Assembly (NCBI RefSeq): GCF_009914755.1 | Contig: NC_060931.1 | DNA: 64,000 nucleotides | From: the human T2T-CHM13v2.0 reference genome, Homo sapiens | Direction: 5' to 3' (one strand) | In this document: positions 17,065 through 30,450 of the stretch, one piece after another | Position numbering within the stretch: the stretch's first letter is position 1 | Layout of the letters: each line of letters starts with the position of its first letter | Notes under the pieces: generated by a model | The model's input: the letters and a program-made list of their open reading frames with translations, nothing else | Told to the model about the DNA's origin: nothing | Databases searched by the model: none | Program-made: the position numbers and the translations under genes

Positions 17065-19522
17065 TTTTTTAAAAAAATCTCAGGTTCAGGGGTATATATG
17101 CAGGTTTGTTATATAGGTAAATTGGATGTAACAGGGGTTTGGTGTACAGATTATTTTACCACTCAGGTAATAAGCCTAGTACGCAATGGGTAGGTTTTCA
17201 ATCCTCAGTCTCCTTCCTCCTTCCATCCTTAAGTAGGCCCCAGTGTCTGTTGTTCCCTTCTTTGTGTCCATATAGACTCAGTGTTTGGCTCCCACTTATA
17301 AGTGAGAATGTGCAGTAATTGGTTTTCTGTTAGTTCACTTGGGGAAGTGTCCTCCAAATCCGTCTATGTTACTGCTCAGGATATGATCTCATTCTTTTTT
17401 ATAGCCATAGTATTCCATGGTGTATATTTACCATATTTTCTTTTTCCAGTCAACCAGTGATGAGCACTTAGGTTGATTCCATGTTTTTGCTGTTGTGAAT
17501 AATGTTGTGATGAACATACTTGTGGGTGTGTCTTTAGCACAGACTGATTTGTAATCCTTTGGGTCTATATCCAATATTAGGATTGCTGGATCAAGTGGTA
17601 ATTCTGCTTTGAGTTATTCGAGAGATTGCCAAACTGTTTTGCACAGTGGCTGAACTAATTTACATTCCCCCGGCAGTCAATAAGCATGCTTTTTTTTTCT
17701 GCAACCTCGCCAGCATCTATTATTTTTTGACTTTCTAATAATTGTCATCTGACTGGTATGTGAGGGTATCTCATTGCAGTTTTGATTTGCATTTCTCTAA
17801 TTATTGGTGGTCTTGAGCACTTTTTTTCATAAGCTCGTTAGCCACATGTATGTCTTCTTTTGAAAATGTCTGTTCATATCCTATGTACACTTTTTAATGG
17901 GGTTGTTTTTTACTTGTAATTTTGTTTAAGTACCTTATAGATTCTGGATATTAGACGTTTGTTGGATATATAGCTTGCAAATATTTTCCTCTATTCTGTA
18001 GGTTGTCTGTTTACTCTGCTGATAATTTCTTTTGCTCTGTAGAAGCTCTTTAGGTTAATAGGATTGTATTTGTCAATTTTTGCTTTTGTTGCAAGTGCTT
18101 TTGGCATCTTTTTCATGGAAACTTTGCCAGGTCCTATGTCCAGAGTAGTATTTCCTAGGTTATCTTCTAGGGTTTTTATAGTTTTAGGTTTTACATTTAA
18201 GTACTTAATCCATTTTGAGTTAATTTTTGTATATGGTGTAAGGAAGTAGTCCAGTTTCAATCTTCTCCATGTGGCTAGCCTTCCAGCATTATTTTATAGG
18301 GAGTCCTTTCTCCATTGCTTGTTTTTGTTGATTTGTTGAAGATCAGATGGTTGTAGGTGTGTAGCCTTATTTCTGGGCTCTCTATTCTGTTCCACTGGAT
18401 GATGTGTCTGTTTTTTACCAGTACCATGCTGTTTTGGTTACTGTAGACCTATAATATAGTTTGAAGTCAGGAAACATGATGCCTCCAGCTTTGTTCTTTT
18501 TGCTTAGGAAAGCCTTGGTTATTCAGGCTCTTTTTGAGTTCCACATACATTTTAAAATAGTATTTTTAATTGTGCCAAGAATGTCAGTGGTAGTTTGATA
18601 GAAATAGAATTGAATCTATAAACTGCTTTTGGCAGTATGGCCATTTTAACAATATTGATTCTTCCAATCCATGAGCATGGACTATTTTTTCATTTGTTTG
18701 TGTTATCTCTGATTTCTCTGAGCAGTGTTTTGTAATTCTGGTTGTAGAGATCTTTCACTTCCCTGATTATGTGTATTCCTATGCATTTTATCCTTTTGGT
18801 GGCTGTTGTGAATGGAATTGCATTCTTGATTTGACTCTCACCTTGGATATTGTTGTTGGTACATAGGAATGTTACTGGTTTTGGTACACTGATTTTGTAT
18901 CCTGAAACTTTGCTGAAGTTGTTTATAAGAAAAAGAGCTTTTGGGTAGAGAGTGTGAAGTTTCTAGACATAGGATTATGTTGTCTGCAAACCGGGATAAT
19001 TTGACTTCCTTTTTTCCTATTTGCATACCTTTTATTTCTTTCTCTTGACTGATTGCCCTGGCCAGAATTTCTAGTACCATGTCAAATAGGAATGGTGAGA
19101 AAACTTTATCCTGTGCTGGTTTTAGAGTGGAATGCTTCCAGCTTTTGCCCATTCAGTATGGTGTTGTCTATGATTTTGTCATAGATGGCTCTTATTATTT
19201 TGAAGTATGTTCCTTCAATGCCTAATTTGTTGAGGGTTCATAACATGAAAGATGTTGAATTTTATCAAAAGCCTTTCTGCATCTATTGAGATGCATCTTT
19301 GAGCCTATGGTTGTCACTGCATGTGAGATGAATCTCTTGAAGCAGCGTGCCTTTGGGTCTTGCTTCTTTATCCAGCTTACCACTCTGTGCCTTATAACTG
19401 GGGCATTTCCATTTAAGGTTAGTGTTGACATGTATGGATTTGATCCTGTCATGTTGTTAGCTCATTATGCAGTCTGGTTTGTATGGTTGCTTTACAGTGT
19501 CACTGGTCTCTGTACTTAAGTG
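17065..19522 (-). mobile_element. L1PA16-like element with ~1.6-kb internal ORF2 deletion, inserted in a MIR
   Basis: L1PA16-type 3'UTR; ORF2 C-terminal and RT fragments; MTGSN ORF2 start at 19452; MIR halves on both sides. Confidence 0.92.
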
Positions 19523-19890
19523 TATTCAACATCTCTTTAACTCCATTTTCTCAGCAGTAAAATGTCCATCTTAATTAACACTTGGGTAACTATGAGGATT
19601 CAGTGGAATGATCCATACAAAGCCTTTATGCAGAACCAGGTACATATTCACAGTTTAATAAATACTAAACTCTCATCATTTCATTTCCTAGAAGCCTAGT
19701 TAGTACTGTAATGCATGTGATGTTTAAAAAGCTACTTAACTGGCTTTATGCACACATCTCATTCTTTCAACTTCAAATCTTAATAGTTTTTATTGTGAGA
19801 ACCATAGATTTATAGGATAAGTTGAATGGGTCATTTTTGTCCAGAGATACATCTTTTTCTCATGAGGGTAAATTGTGATTTCTTTCTAGT

Positions 19891-20451
19891 TATTTTAGCT
19901 CTCTACTGCTGTGTAACAAAATATTTCAAAACTTAGTGGCCCAAAGCAACAAAAAAACAGTTTCTGCCAGTCAGGAATCAGTGCTCAGCTTAGCTGAACC
20001 TGTGTCTTTGGGTCTCTCCTAAGGTTGCAATCAAAAAGTGTCAGCTTACACTAGAGTCATTTCCGCAGTCAATAAGGGATAGAGCTCCCATCTGAGCTTA
20101 TAACATGTCTGCTTGGCTGGTTTCAGGTTGTTGCTGATGTTTGGTCAGAGACATTCGTTTCTAGGTATGTGGGCCTCTCTGTAGGGGTACTTCACAATGT
20201 GGTAGTTTGCTTCCCCCAGAGCAAGGGCAGAGAGATAAAGAGAGAGAGAGAGATGGAGGGTGGGCAGGGTATAGAAGCCACAGTCTTTGGGTACCTAATT
20301 TTACAAGTGACGTCCCATCACTTATACTATGTTCAATTCATTAGAAGGTAGTCACTAGTTTCAGCCATACTCAAAGGGTACAGATTACACAAGGGGATGG
20401 AAATCAGGAGGTGAGGATCACTGAGGCCCATCTTAGAAACTGCCTACCACA
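19891..20451 (-). mobile_element. MLT1F/G-like MaLR LTR
   Basis: 'ctgctgtgtaacaaa...aaaacttagtggc' and 'gcccatcttagaaactgcctaccaca'. Confidence 0.78.
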
Positions 20452-20580
20452 TCATTGGAATGAAAATTTGAACATTCAAAATGTTTAGTCTTCCATCCTA
20501 ATTTGGTAAGGGGATTTTCATACCAAATGGAAAATATTTTACATGTTTTCACGTAATATTCATCAACTTCATGAATTAAA

Positions 20581-20772
20581 TATTTATTTATTTTTACTAT
20601 TACACTTTAAGTTCTGGGATACATGTGCAGAATGTGCAGGTTTGTTACATAGGTATACATGTGCCATGTTGGTTTTCTGCACTCATCAACCTGTCATGGA
20701 CATTAGGTATTTCTCCTAATGCTATCCCTCCCCCAGCTCCCCATCCCCCGACAGGCCCCAGTGTGTGATGTT
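20581..20772 (-). mobile_element. Short 3' L1PA (L1PA7/8-like) fragment
   Basis: 'tttaagttctgggatacatgtgcagaatgtgcaggtttgttacataggt'. Confidence 0.9.
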
Positions 20773-21855
20773 TTATCACATTGAAGATTATGGAAGAGTT
20801 TGAAAGATGTTAGTAATGTACCTCCTTGAAACAACAACAAAATTCAAACAAACAACCTCCTGTTTTGACTCCAAAGCCTAGCAGGTTATAAATCAACGGG
20901 ATTATTATTTTAAGAATAAACAGGCAGTTTTTTCTAGATGACTTTAAATCTTTGAAAAGAAGTGTACCCTGGGCTCTCTGCTTCCCAAGGTTAGGAGGGT
21001 AGGACAGTATCTTGCCACACCTGGGCAATTCAACATCTCAACAGCTCCCTATTAATCCAGGAAACAGAATTGTCTCTGAAAAACAGAAGAACTGATTAAA
21101 ATTTCTGTCTCAATTATTACTTACAACATCTGCTTTGTGCCCTGGGGTCCTCCTCTATCCTTAATGTCTAGAGTTTCAAAGATTTGTTTCTGCACCTGGT
21201 ATCAGATGAATCCACAACTCTCATCAGAGAAATGTTAAAGTTAATTTATTCCACAGAAAAGCAAAGACACCCTATGCTCCTTAGAGGTAACATTACTGAA
21301 AAAGGAGCACAGACAGGCCTGTTCTTTTGTTCTCTGTTTGTGTAAGGCAAATGGAGAGTTCAGAATGCAGGCATACTTAATTCAAATGAGTCAAAGTATG
21401 CTTAAAGGAACTGACATGCAGACAAATAAGGGCATTTAACAAATATGTAACTGTTAAGCCTTGTACTTTGCTATGTTTTAGGCACCCAAAAGAGATGTTG
21501 AGAATAGATCTGTTCTCAAATCTTTCTGCATGGACACTATCTTTAAATTTTGCAACTCCATTATAAAATCCTGTAGGAATCTTGAAATCTATGGCCCAGG
21601 ACCCTTTATCTAGAAAAATGCACATGCATACAAAATCTAATAAACTTGGGAGGTGTCACAGACCCCTATTAGCCCACAAATGGATTTCCAGCTAAGAAAG
21701 CGCTGGGATGAAAAATGGGAATTTACAAAATCAGAAAATGTTTGATAGAAAGGGTATGTATTTGAGGCTTTTGAAACTCCCCTGAGAGATCTCAAATGTT
21801 CTTATTTGAGGACAGTATTAGACAGTATTGTAGATAAGGGGAGTACTTCTATTTT

Positions 21856-22030
21856 AGTAGTTCTCAAACTTTTATATATAAAAGAAACTGAGACGCTTGT
21901 TTAAAAATGTAGATTCCTGGGCTCCACCACCAATACTGACTGATGGAAGAGGTCCTAGGCAAGGCTCCAGAATTTGCCTTAGGTGATTCTACTGCAGGTG
22001 ACCCAGGAACTAACCTTGGAGAAACGCCTT
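21856..22030. mobile_element. MER5A-like DNA transposon
   Basis: 'gtagttctcaaact...gattcctgggctccac...aggtgattct'. Confidence 0.7.
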
Positions 22031-23199
22031 GGAGCAGATTCCACTAACCCACGTGCCGGGGGGAGGGGGGGGGCTCTTTCCCACCCAGATGAACCTAGGT
22101 CACTGCATCCATCTCTTCCAGGGTCTGTCTTATGTTTTCTGTCCTCCACATGAAGTTATCTCAAAGAAGACCAATATAACTAGAAACTTAAAAATGGTAA
22201 CAAATATGAAGTAACATCCATCATTTATTGGATACCTGTTAGCACCTAAACTACTAATGTAATCCTTAAAATCTCATAAGATGAATCTTAATAGCCTATT
22301 CGATGAATGGTGTAAGTGAGCCTTATTAAATGTTAATTATTTTTTTTCCTGGTTGTAAAGCTCAAAAGTGGCAAAAAGAATTTCTGGAATTCAGAGTAGG
22401 GTTGCTGAACTCCAAAAGGCCACTATTTGGGGGGCTATTTTGTGTGTTAATTTAATACATCACAGAGTCTGGGGCCCTTTCTCTCAGCCCATCATATTTT
22501 AAAATGTGGAACCACCAGTCTTTAGTGTGCTTCCTTGTTTAGCATCTGAGATCCTTTATTAAAGTGTCAGTATTATTGGAATTGAAAAAAATAAATTAAT
22601 TTGGTAATCTGAGATCCAAATTTAGTCCTCATTCTGTTATTTAAAGAAAATGACCATATGGTATTATCTGATGATCCATTTATCATTTGAATCTGCATCA
22701 AAGTGGATGCTCCATTGAGAAGACATACAACTTCTCAGTTAAGGTATAAATTATCTTTACAATTGGGAGCTCTTTTTTAATGCCCTTACTTAGTGGCTGT
22801 TTTTACCAAAATTCCAGGATTTATAAGCCTAACAGTATTTACTAAAACTTCAAATTCCTGGCTGTACCCAGGGCCTACCACATTTAGAATGTCCACGATA
22901 GGATTGTTTGAATTTTACTGGCCTGTGAAAAGAGATGTTAGGCTTTCTTGCTTGGTATATTTAATACTAAAAACCATTAGGCTTTGAGACCCATCTGTGG
23001 AACCAAAAGGAGCTCTTGGGCAGGCTTTAAAAATGGACTGTGCAATACTTGCTGGGCTCATGCAGGTAAGAGATCTGAGAGAAGGAAGGCCCACAAAAGA
23101 AGGATTAATGCAAGTCCATTCATAAAAATATCCTGGCAAATTTAACTCCTTTGTGTGTTGGTGTGTGTGTGTGGGTGAATTATCTATATATCTATGTAT

Positions 23200-23585
23200 C
23201 TATCTATTTGACACAGGGTGAGTTTGCAAGCTGGAGATACATGAAGTCCAAGGGCTTAATTTCTGTCTAAAGGCCAGTAGACTCAAGGCTGAGGCAGGGC
23301 TGGTGCTTTGGTTTGCATCCAAAGACAGGAAAAAAGCTGATGTCCCAGTCTTAAGGGAGTCAGACAAGAAGAATCCTCTTTTACTCAGAGGAGGATCAGT
23401 CTTTTTGTTCCATTCAGGCCGTCAACTGATTGGACGAGGCCCACCCACATTAGGGAGAACAATGTGCTTTACTCACTCTACCAATTTAAATGTTAATCTC
23501 ATCTAAAACATATTTGGGGAAACACCCAGAATAATTTGACCAAATAGCTGGGCATCCCAAGGCACAGTCAAGTTAACACATACAG
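23200..23585 (-). mobile_element. MLT2B-like (HERV-L) LTR
   Basis: 'caactgattggacgaggcccacccacattaggga...cagtcaagttaacaca'. Confidence 0.85.
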
Positions 23586-26500
23586 TGAAACAGCATGCTT
23601 CTGAAGTCTGCTACCAAAGAAAAGGGAAACTCTGCAGACACAGGAATAAGACACAAGAAGGGGAGGGAAACTATAGGGGGACAAGGATGAAGACGAAGTG
23701 TCCTGCAACTCTGACCAGCTTTCTGAATAAGACAGACATAAAATGCAAACAAGTGGTTGTGGCCAACATGCCATATTTGTTGTTACACAGCAACTGAGAT
23801 CTGTTATCTCAAGGGCTTACTAACACGAGAATCTAGAATTAAGCAGAATGACCCACCAGTACCCAGGAGGACTTTCACCATGCAGAAGCAGGGAGATCTC
23901 TCATTACGGACTCTCCCTTGTAGCAAAGGGTGGGGGCCACTACATTGGCTCAGGTTCCTTTCTCAGGTTTAGTAATCTGATAAGTCTTTCCACCTTGCTA
24001 GGAGTGAATAAAAGAGACCAAGACTAGAGTTAGAACAATTTACACCTCATAGGAGTGAAGAGTGGAGAAATAACTCCAAGGCATTCTATGCAAGACATCC
24101 TTGGTTTTGTTAGTGATTTGGCTTTTTGCTATGATTATTTTAATCTATTTTGATAATCATAATAACATTAATAATAATACATTACATTGCATCTCTTTTT
24201 AATTATATTACTCTAAGTAATTAGTATTATCCACTCTTAAAATGTCTCTTAATTTCAAAAGCACATTCAAATCAAATCTAAATCAATTTCTCTCTCTTTC
24301 TTACACACATACACCAGCCCCTCCCACACACAAAGTCATATACGCACACCACAGATATATGACACAAAGTCTGTCTGGATTTACTGCTTATCGTTAGCGT
24401 AGTTCTTATCAGAGTCTGCACATTATTTTTTCAAGAACATTGGCCTTTTTAGGGAGGAGGTTGGAACTGGGTGGGCTGCTTTCAAAAGTTTGCTTACTTG
24501 AAGAACCAGGAAAGCAGAAGTCAGAATGGGATTTCACAGCTAAGGCATACAGTTTTGAGTAGTACTGGTTCTTTTTAAGTTAAGTTTTTCATTCATATGT
24601 AGTTTTAGAGATATACCTCCTGAAAATATATAAAACATTAGACTTATGTCTGTCATAAATGCCCATCAAGAGTAAACATAACCATGCTTGGCAGGAGAGG
24701 TAGCAGCACTCAATCAGCAAGGTATTTGCAACTAGGTGGGGGCTTCTGTATAATTCTGATGCTGTACTCCTGGGATAATTTTGAGTATCCCTATCCTATC
24801 TCTGGACCTCAAATTTTTATGTTATATAGAAATATATCCCTCTCTGGCAAAACCGCAGCCAATGGATTTGATAGGAGTAATGCTCTTCAGAACTCCCCAC
24901 TTACCTTTCAGGCTTATGTGGTGGTTGGGATTGGAGTAGGCCCAACAGAAAGCAATCAGCCATATAGACTGCCTTCTCAGAAATGTCACTAATGACTAAT
25001 CAATGAATTTGCCATCAGTCTATTACTTTATCTCTCTGGAGTTTGCTCGTCTGACTTATAAATTCTAAATTGTCTCTAAAGTTCCTTCCAGTTTTGTAAT
25101 CAAAGGTTTATTCTTGCAATGTCCCCTCTGTTTTAACTTCTTGGGACCATCCAGAACCTCCTAGAGAGAATTTCAAGAGTCTTCAGAATTTGGTGGCTTC
25201 CCCAGGATCTAGAATGATGTGGAGCTTACCATCCTTGGTAAAAATGCTAACTTCCTTTTAGGGAATACCGCAGCTGTATAGGTTTTGCCTTCTGCATTGT
25301 ATATTGTTATGCCCCAGAGTTTTTTTGTTTTTGTTTTTTTAATCTAAGGTTTTGAGTTTATTAGGTGGCCCTTGAATGAGGGGAACTGGGAAGGCAGATA
25401 ACACATGGATTAAGATACATAAGGCATAGGAAATAGTGATGGTAGAGGGTGAACAGCTGAAAGAACAGACACAATGGGCCTAGCAAATGTCTCAACTGCA
25501 CCAAACCACCTGCTGGATTCCAACACAGATCTTTTAAAACCTAGTTGGGGGTAGAGTGGGAGCAATCTGCATTTTAAGTAAATTTGCAAAATGTATCTTC
25601 ACATTGATCTTTGAGAATTACCATATAAGAGTGTAGGAATCATAGAATTCAAACATTGGGAAGCAAGAAAAAAAGTGCCAAATGGGATAAAATAAATAAG
25701 AATTAAAAATAAAGCAAGCACAACTTAGGCTCTGCTTATTTGGGACAATTTTATCACTTTTCAGGACTCACACTATCTTCTGCTGGGCTTCTCCACCTAA
25801 TCAATCCTCATGGCTGGCGTAGAAAGCATCTAATGGTCTATTGTGTTGTTGTGCTACCTATTGTGTTACTTGTTTTAAAATTCCTCTCCCCTGTGAGTTT
25901 GTCAAAAAATTCTGGCAGGAAAAAGAAAATCAGCGCAGCTGCCTGTTAACTTTGGTAGGACAAGAATAGTTCCTAAACTCTTATGTCTTTGATTTAGAAT
26001 TCCATTTAACCAAATTATTCACCAACTTAAGGCAGTTGTTGATTGCGGGGAAAGTATACCTTGCATCTTTGTTAGTTACAATCCTATTCAGGGCCTCATC
26101 AACCACCCGAAAGGAATACAACACGTGCCTTCTTAAGAAAAGTTAAAAATATTTCAACATTTGATTCCTTCCTCCTTGAGGATCTTTCTTAAATCAGAGA
26201 AAGGCTGGCTGAATCCCAGGTGTAGATTACCATTCTTGCTTCCATTATTTTTAACCTGACCTCAGAGCCTACAAAAGCTGCCAAGTGGTTTGAGGATGGC
26301 TATAAAGGCCACATCCAAGTGGCTATGAAGTTAGGTGTAGGAAGCAGGCGAGATGGGCCAGTGGCACCAGGTGGGGCTTCTATTAGTCTTGTAGGTAGTG
26401 AATTATTTGGGGTCTGCTGCTCTTTGGGCTTTTCATGCCTTGAGTTCTGCTCCCTCCAAATATGTGGTTAGAGATAGTAAGACCACTATGAGTCTTCTTC

Positions 26501-26919
26501 TGCCCCTTCTCTTTCTTGTGACCCTTAGGGTACTCCACTTTCTAGGGCTTCCTCTTCATAATTTCCTGTTAAAGTGCTATGTTGGAAAGGCAAGAAGGTG
26601 GTAACTATTCAGAGAGAGTTATTTAGGAAAGGGCAGCTGGTAAATCCTTCCTGTTTGAGTGTCTGCCCAGCTGGCTGCCAATACAACTATTTAGATTCAG
26701 TAAGCAATGCATTCATGAAGTTGAGCTTCATGAATATGGCAGTATAAGATGGGTGAGACTTCTCATTAGGTGCTTTTAAGATGCCACAGTTTGAGTAGGA
26801 GACTAATAGAAGGGGACACTGGGGTATAGGTGGAAAGCAGAGGTCTTTTTTTTTTTTAAGACTGGTTTTACTAGTCGCTTCTAAAATTCATTGAGAGGTT
26901 GATCAAAATACCCAACCAT

Positions 26920-27994
26920 TGTCAACTTAAAATCATGAGATCTATACATTTGGAGAGGAGAATCTTATTTCTTATAATGGCTTGCAACCTGAAGGCTGGG
27001 AAGTGGAGCAGTTGCTTCACAAAAGGAGGAGTGGGACAGGAGGCTTATGCTAAGTAGCTTGGCTAAACATACATCTTTAATAGGTTATAGCAGAACCTGT
27101 GAATATTCAGGGTGGGGGGGGTGGCGGCGTTGCACACATGCATGGTGTGTTAGTCCATTTTCACGCTGCTGATAAAGACATACCCGAGACTGGGTAATTT
27201 ATGAAGAAAAAGAGATTTAATGGACTCATAGTTCCACATGGCCTCACAATCATGATGGAAGGTGAAAAGCATGTCTTACATGGTGGCAGTCCAGAGAGAG
27301 AAGGAGAGCCAAGCAAAAGGGGTTTCCTCTTACAAAACCATTAGCTCTTATGAGACTTATTCACTACCACGAGAACAGTATGGGGGAAACTGCCCCCATG
27401 ATTCCATGATCTCCCACTAGTTCCCTCCAAAAACATATGAGAATTGTGGGAGCTACAATTCAAGATGAGATTTGGGTGGGGACACAGCCAAACCATATCA
27501 CATGTTAAGGAAACATGTATGTAACGTATGTCCCATGTTCACTTTGGGGTGGAGACTTAACATTAAAATGCAGTAAAATTGGGCCCTATACATCAAAAAG
27601 TGAAACATAGGATGCAAGGGCACTTAGTAAGCTGCCTCTGTAAACTGGCCAGAACCAATCCCTGGTTGGTGGCCATTTATTAGGAAGGAATGCTTTGTGC
27701 TGAGTTGTCATGTTGAAACCACAATAAAGGAGGGGAATCTGGCCACAGCATGAGGTGGTTGGTTGAAATCAGTGGAAGTGTCTGTCTTCCTTTCTTTGTT
27801 TTCTAGGGCTGGTTTCTGTTAATGCTTTGGAAAAAAATCTGGTAGTGGTTGGTGAGGAAGAGGATGTGCTGAGGTGTGATCAGTCTCCCTTATCATGGCA
27901 GGGAAACAGTTTTTAAGTTTTTTTGGAGTCTCCTTAGCCAAAAGGGGGTTTGCTCAGTCAATTATAGGGGGTAGGATTTTATTTTTATTTCACA
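26920..27994 (-). mobile_element. MER39-like ERV1 LTR, interrupted by THE1B
   Basis: 'cccatgttcactttggggtggagacttaacatt', 'gcctctgtaaactggccagaacca'. Confidence 0.78.
27146..27500 (-). mobile_element. THE1B solo LTR
   Basis: Typical THE1B sequence; 5-bp TSD catgg / catgt. Confidence 0.93.
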
Positions 27995-30271
27995 CTACCT
28001 TACTCTCATCACCTATCAAATCAACTTCTTTAGGGGTCTTTGTGCAAAAGCTAATGTAAAATACATTGTTGACACTCATCAACTCTCATTCTTGGGATGT
28101 TTCTAGGCAAGACGGCTTATGTTGTTGAAACAAGCAACAAAAATGAAGTGACTTCATGGGGTTCCGGGATTATCTTTTGCTACAAAGGAAGTAGATAGAC
28201 CTTACTTAAGAATTGAGACTAGATTTGCCAATCATACTAAGCCATTTTTTCTTTTGTGTGTTTGGAAATACAAGTCATCCCATGGTGACCTATAATAATA
28301 ATATTTTAACCGAAGTGGAAGATATGAATTCTTCTCCTGCCTCTGTCAGCATCATTTTAGGTGGTCTGACTATCGTCTGGCTCCTATAATTTTTCTTTAA
28401 ATGTTGTGGATAACATTCAAGTTGCTTCATTTTAATGTTTTCTACCTTGAAAAAGAGTCAATTATCTTATTAAGCTAGATGAAGCTATTAAAAGTAATCA
28501 TTTCTATAAGCTTAATATAATTATGAGGACAACTGCCAACAAGATAAAGTGTGGGATGCAATGTACTAACAACTTCTCTCAGCTTTTTTAAGATAAATCC
28601 TATCATTCACCATGTTATTATAGGTGAGGGAACAGGTGTAGAGAGTTTGAGTAGTTTAAGGCCATACAACTAATAAATAGCAATATTAAGAGTAAAATGT
28701 AGATTTATCTTAATGCATATCCTTAACTTTGGATCTATGCCACAGTTGTTTTCCATGGGTCTTTGGAGAAACCAGTCTAGAATGCAAATTTCATATGGCA
28801 TTAACATGTCAATACCAGTTAGCTACATGTAAGGCTTCTTAAGTCTTAAGGGATGGTGGAAAATGCCACAAAAAGTATTGCCACAGTGTTCTAGCTCTGT
28901 TTTCTAGAAGTCATCCTAGAAAAGTGAGAAATATTTATCTGACTGCATCTAGATGACTCCTGACACGTTGCTGTATGCCACAATTCTATACTACAACACA
29001 TTGCCTGCCAACAGCTTTAGGATCCTGAGAACTAATCTGCCTGCCATTCCAATGAAATGTTCTTATTCCAGGTAAGGTGTCTCATGGCTGCTACTGCCCT
29101 GCCATGCCACCAAACTTTACCATCCTCAGCTGGTTTATTATTAATGCCTCCTTTAGGAGAAGCAATGTGAGCAGCAAAGCTGGCCAACCTACCAAATTAG
29201 TTCTACTCTTTTTCTTTCAGCAGAGACTGGAGTTCACCATGAGCCTGATGACAGGTAAGTGGATGCACAAGTAAATTAGAAGCTACCCCTTACCCCTGTT
29301 GCTGTATGGGGGCATCTCCATAGAGATTCTTATAGTGCTGAGAGAGATTCTAGATTCCCACTTGCAGATGTATTTCCATTCAAGCAGATGTCCACACTGG
29401 GTGTCATATTGTTCTAAGGCTTTTCTTCATTGATACTTGTGTAGCCACACTAACTCCAAACGCAGAATCTACTCCTTGACATGTCCTTATTGATTTTAAT
29501 GGGTAAGTTACATGATGTTCTCATGTCAATTCCCAACTACAAAGCAACTCACTAACCAGTGCTCTTTAAATACCTAGTTACTTGGTGAATGGTCATCAGA
29601 AGTTGCTGTGTCTGCCTTCATATCACCAAGGCTCAAATCAGACAGACATCCTTCAGTTCAGAGTTGGTGCTTTTAGATTTTTCTGGTTACAGTCACAATC
29701 TGCTAAGTTACTTTTTTTGCTCCTCTCTAACATTAGTATGCTAAACATAGGAGTCGAATCTAAGTTTCAACTCTTAATTATTTTGTAGATCTATATTACA
29801 TGCCATCTGAAGGCTGCTGAAGCATCAGCTGAGCCAGATTCTTCAAACATGACCTACTCTTTTAATGGATGAAACAATTTGCCAGTATAGCAGCAGAAGC
29901 ATTCATAGATTTTGATGTGAATGCCAATGGTGTTAGACGTAAACTACTATGACCAGGCAGAGGCAAATTCACCAAAAATGCTGAGTTTAGAGAGGGGAAG
30001 TAGCCTTTTGAGACTGCACAGAATAAGTTAGGTTATTCCCAGATATTAGGGCAGGCAGAGAAAGAATAAAGCCATAGTTTGTTACGATACAGTTTAGCTA
30101 ATTTTTTAACAGCTGTGTCAAGGAACTAAGCATTTTACTATGGTTTTAATTTAAGAGGTACTCCTTTTTCTATATACAGGTAATCAGAAGTCATTAAAAA
30201 TGGCAGAGAGAGCTGTCAAATTAGGATTTTAATCAGTTCCAAAACCATATTCTTTCCTAATTAAAGAATCT

Positions 30272-30450
30272 AGGGGAGTTCTCAAACTTGGCTGCAAGTT
30301 AGATCACCTGGGAAGCTCTTAAAAATTCTAGTATCCAGGCCCTAACCAAGAACAATTAAATCATGAACTAGATAGTACAGAACTCACATATCAGTAACGC
30401 TGAAACTTCCCAGGTGATTCCAATGTGCATCTATGGTTGGGAAACTGGTC
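30272..30450. mobile_element. MER5A-like element
   Basis: 'gttctcaaacttggctgca...gatcacctgggaagct...cccaggtgattccaatgtgca'. Confidence 0.78.

Noticed and set aside
26711-26735. 10-bp inverted repeat ATTCATGAAG-N5-CTTCATGAAT
   Set aside because: About one such hairpin is expected by chance in 64 kb of AT-rich DNA, and there is no supporting context.
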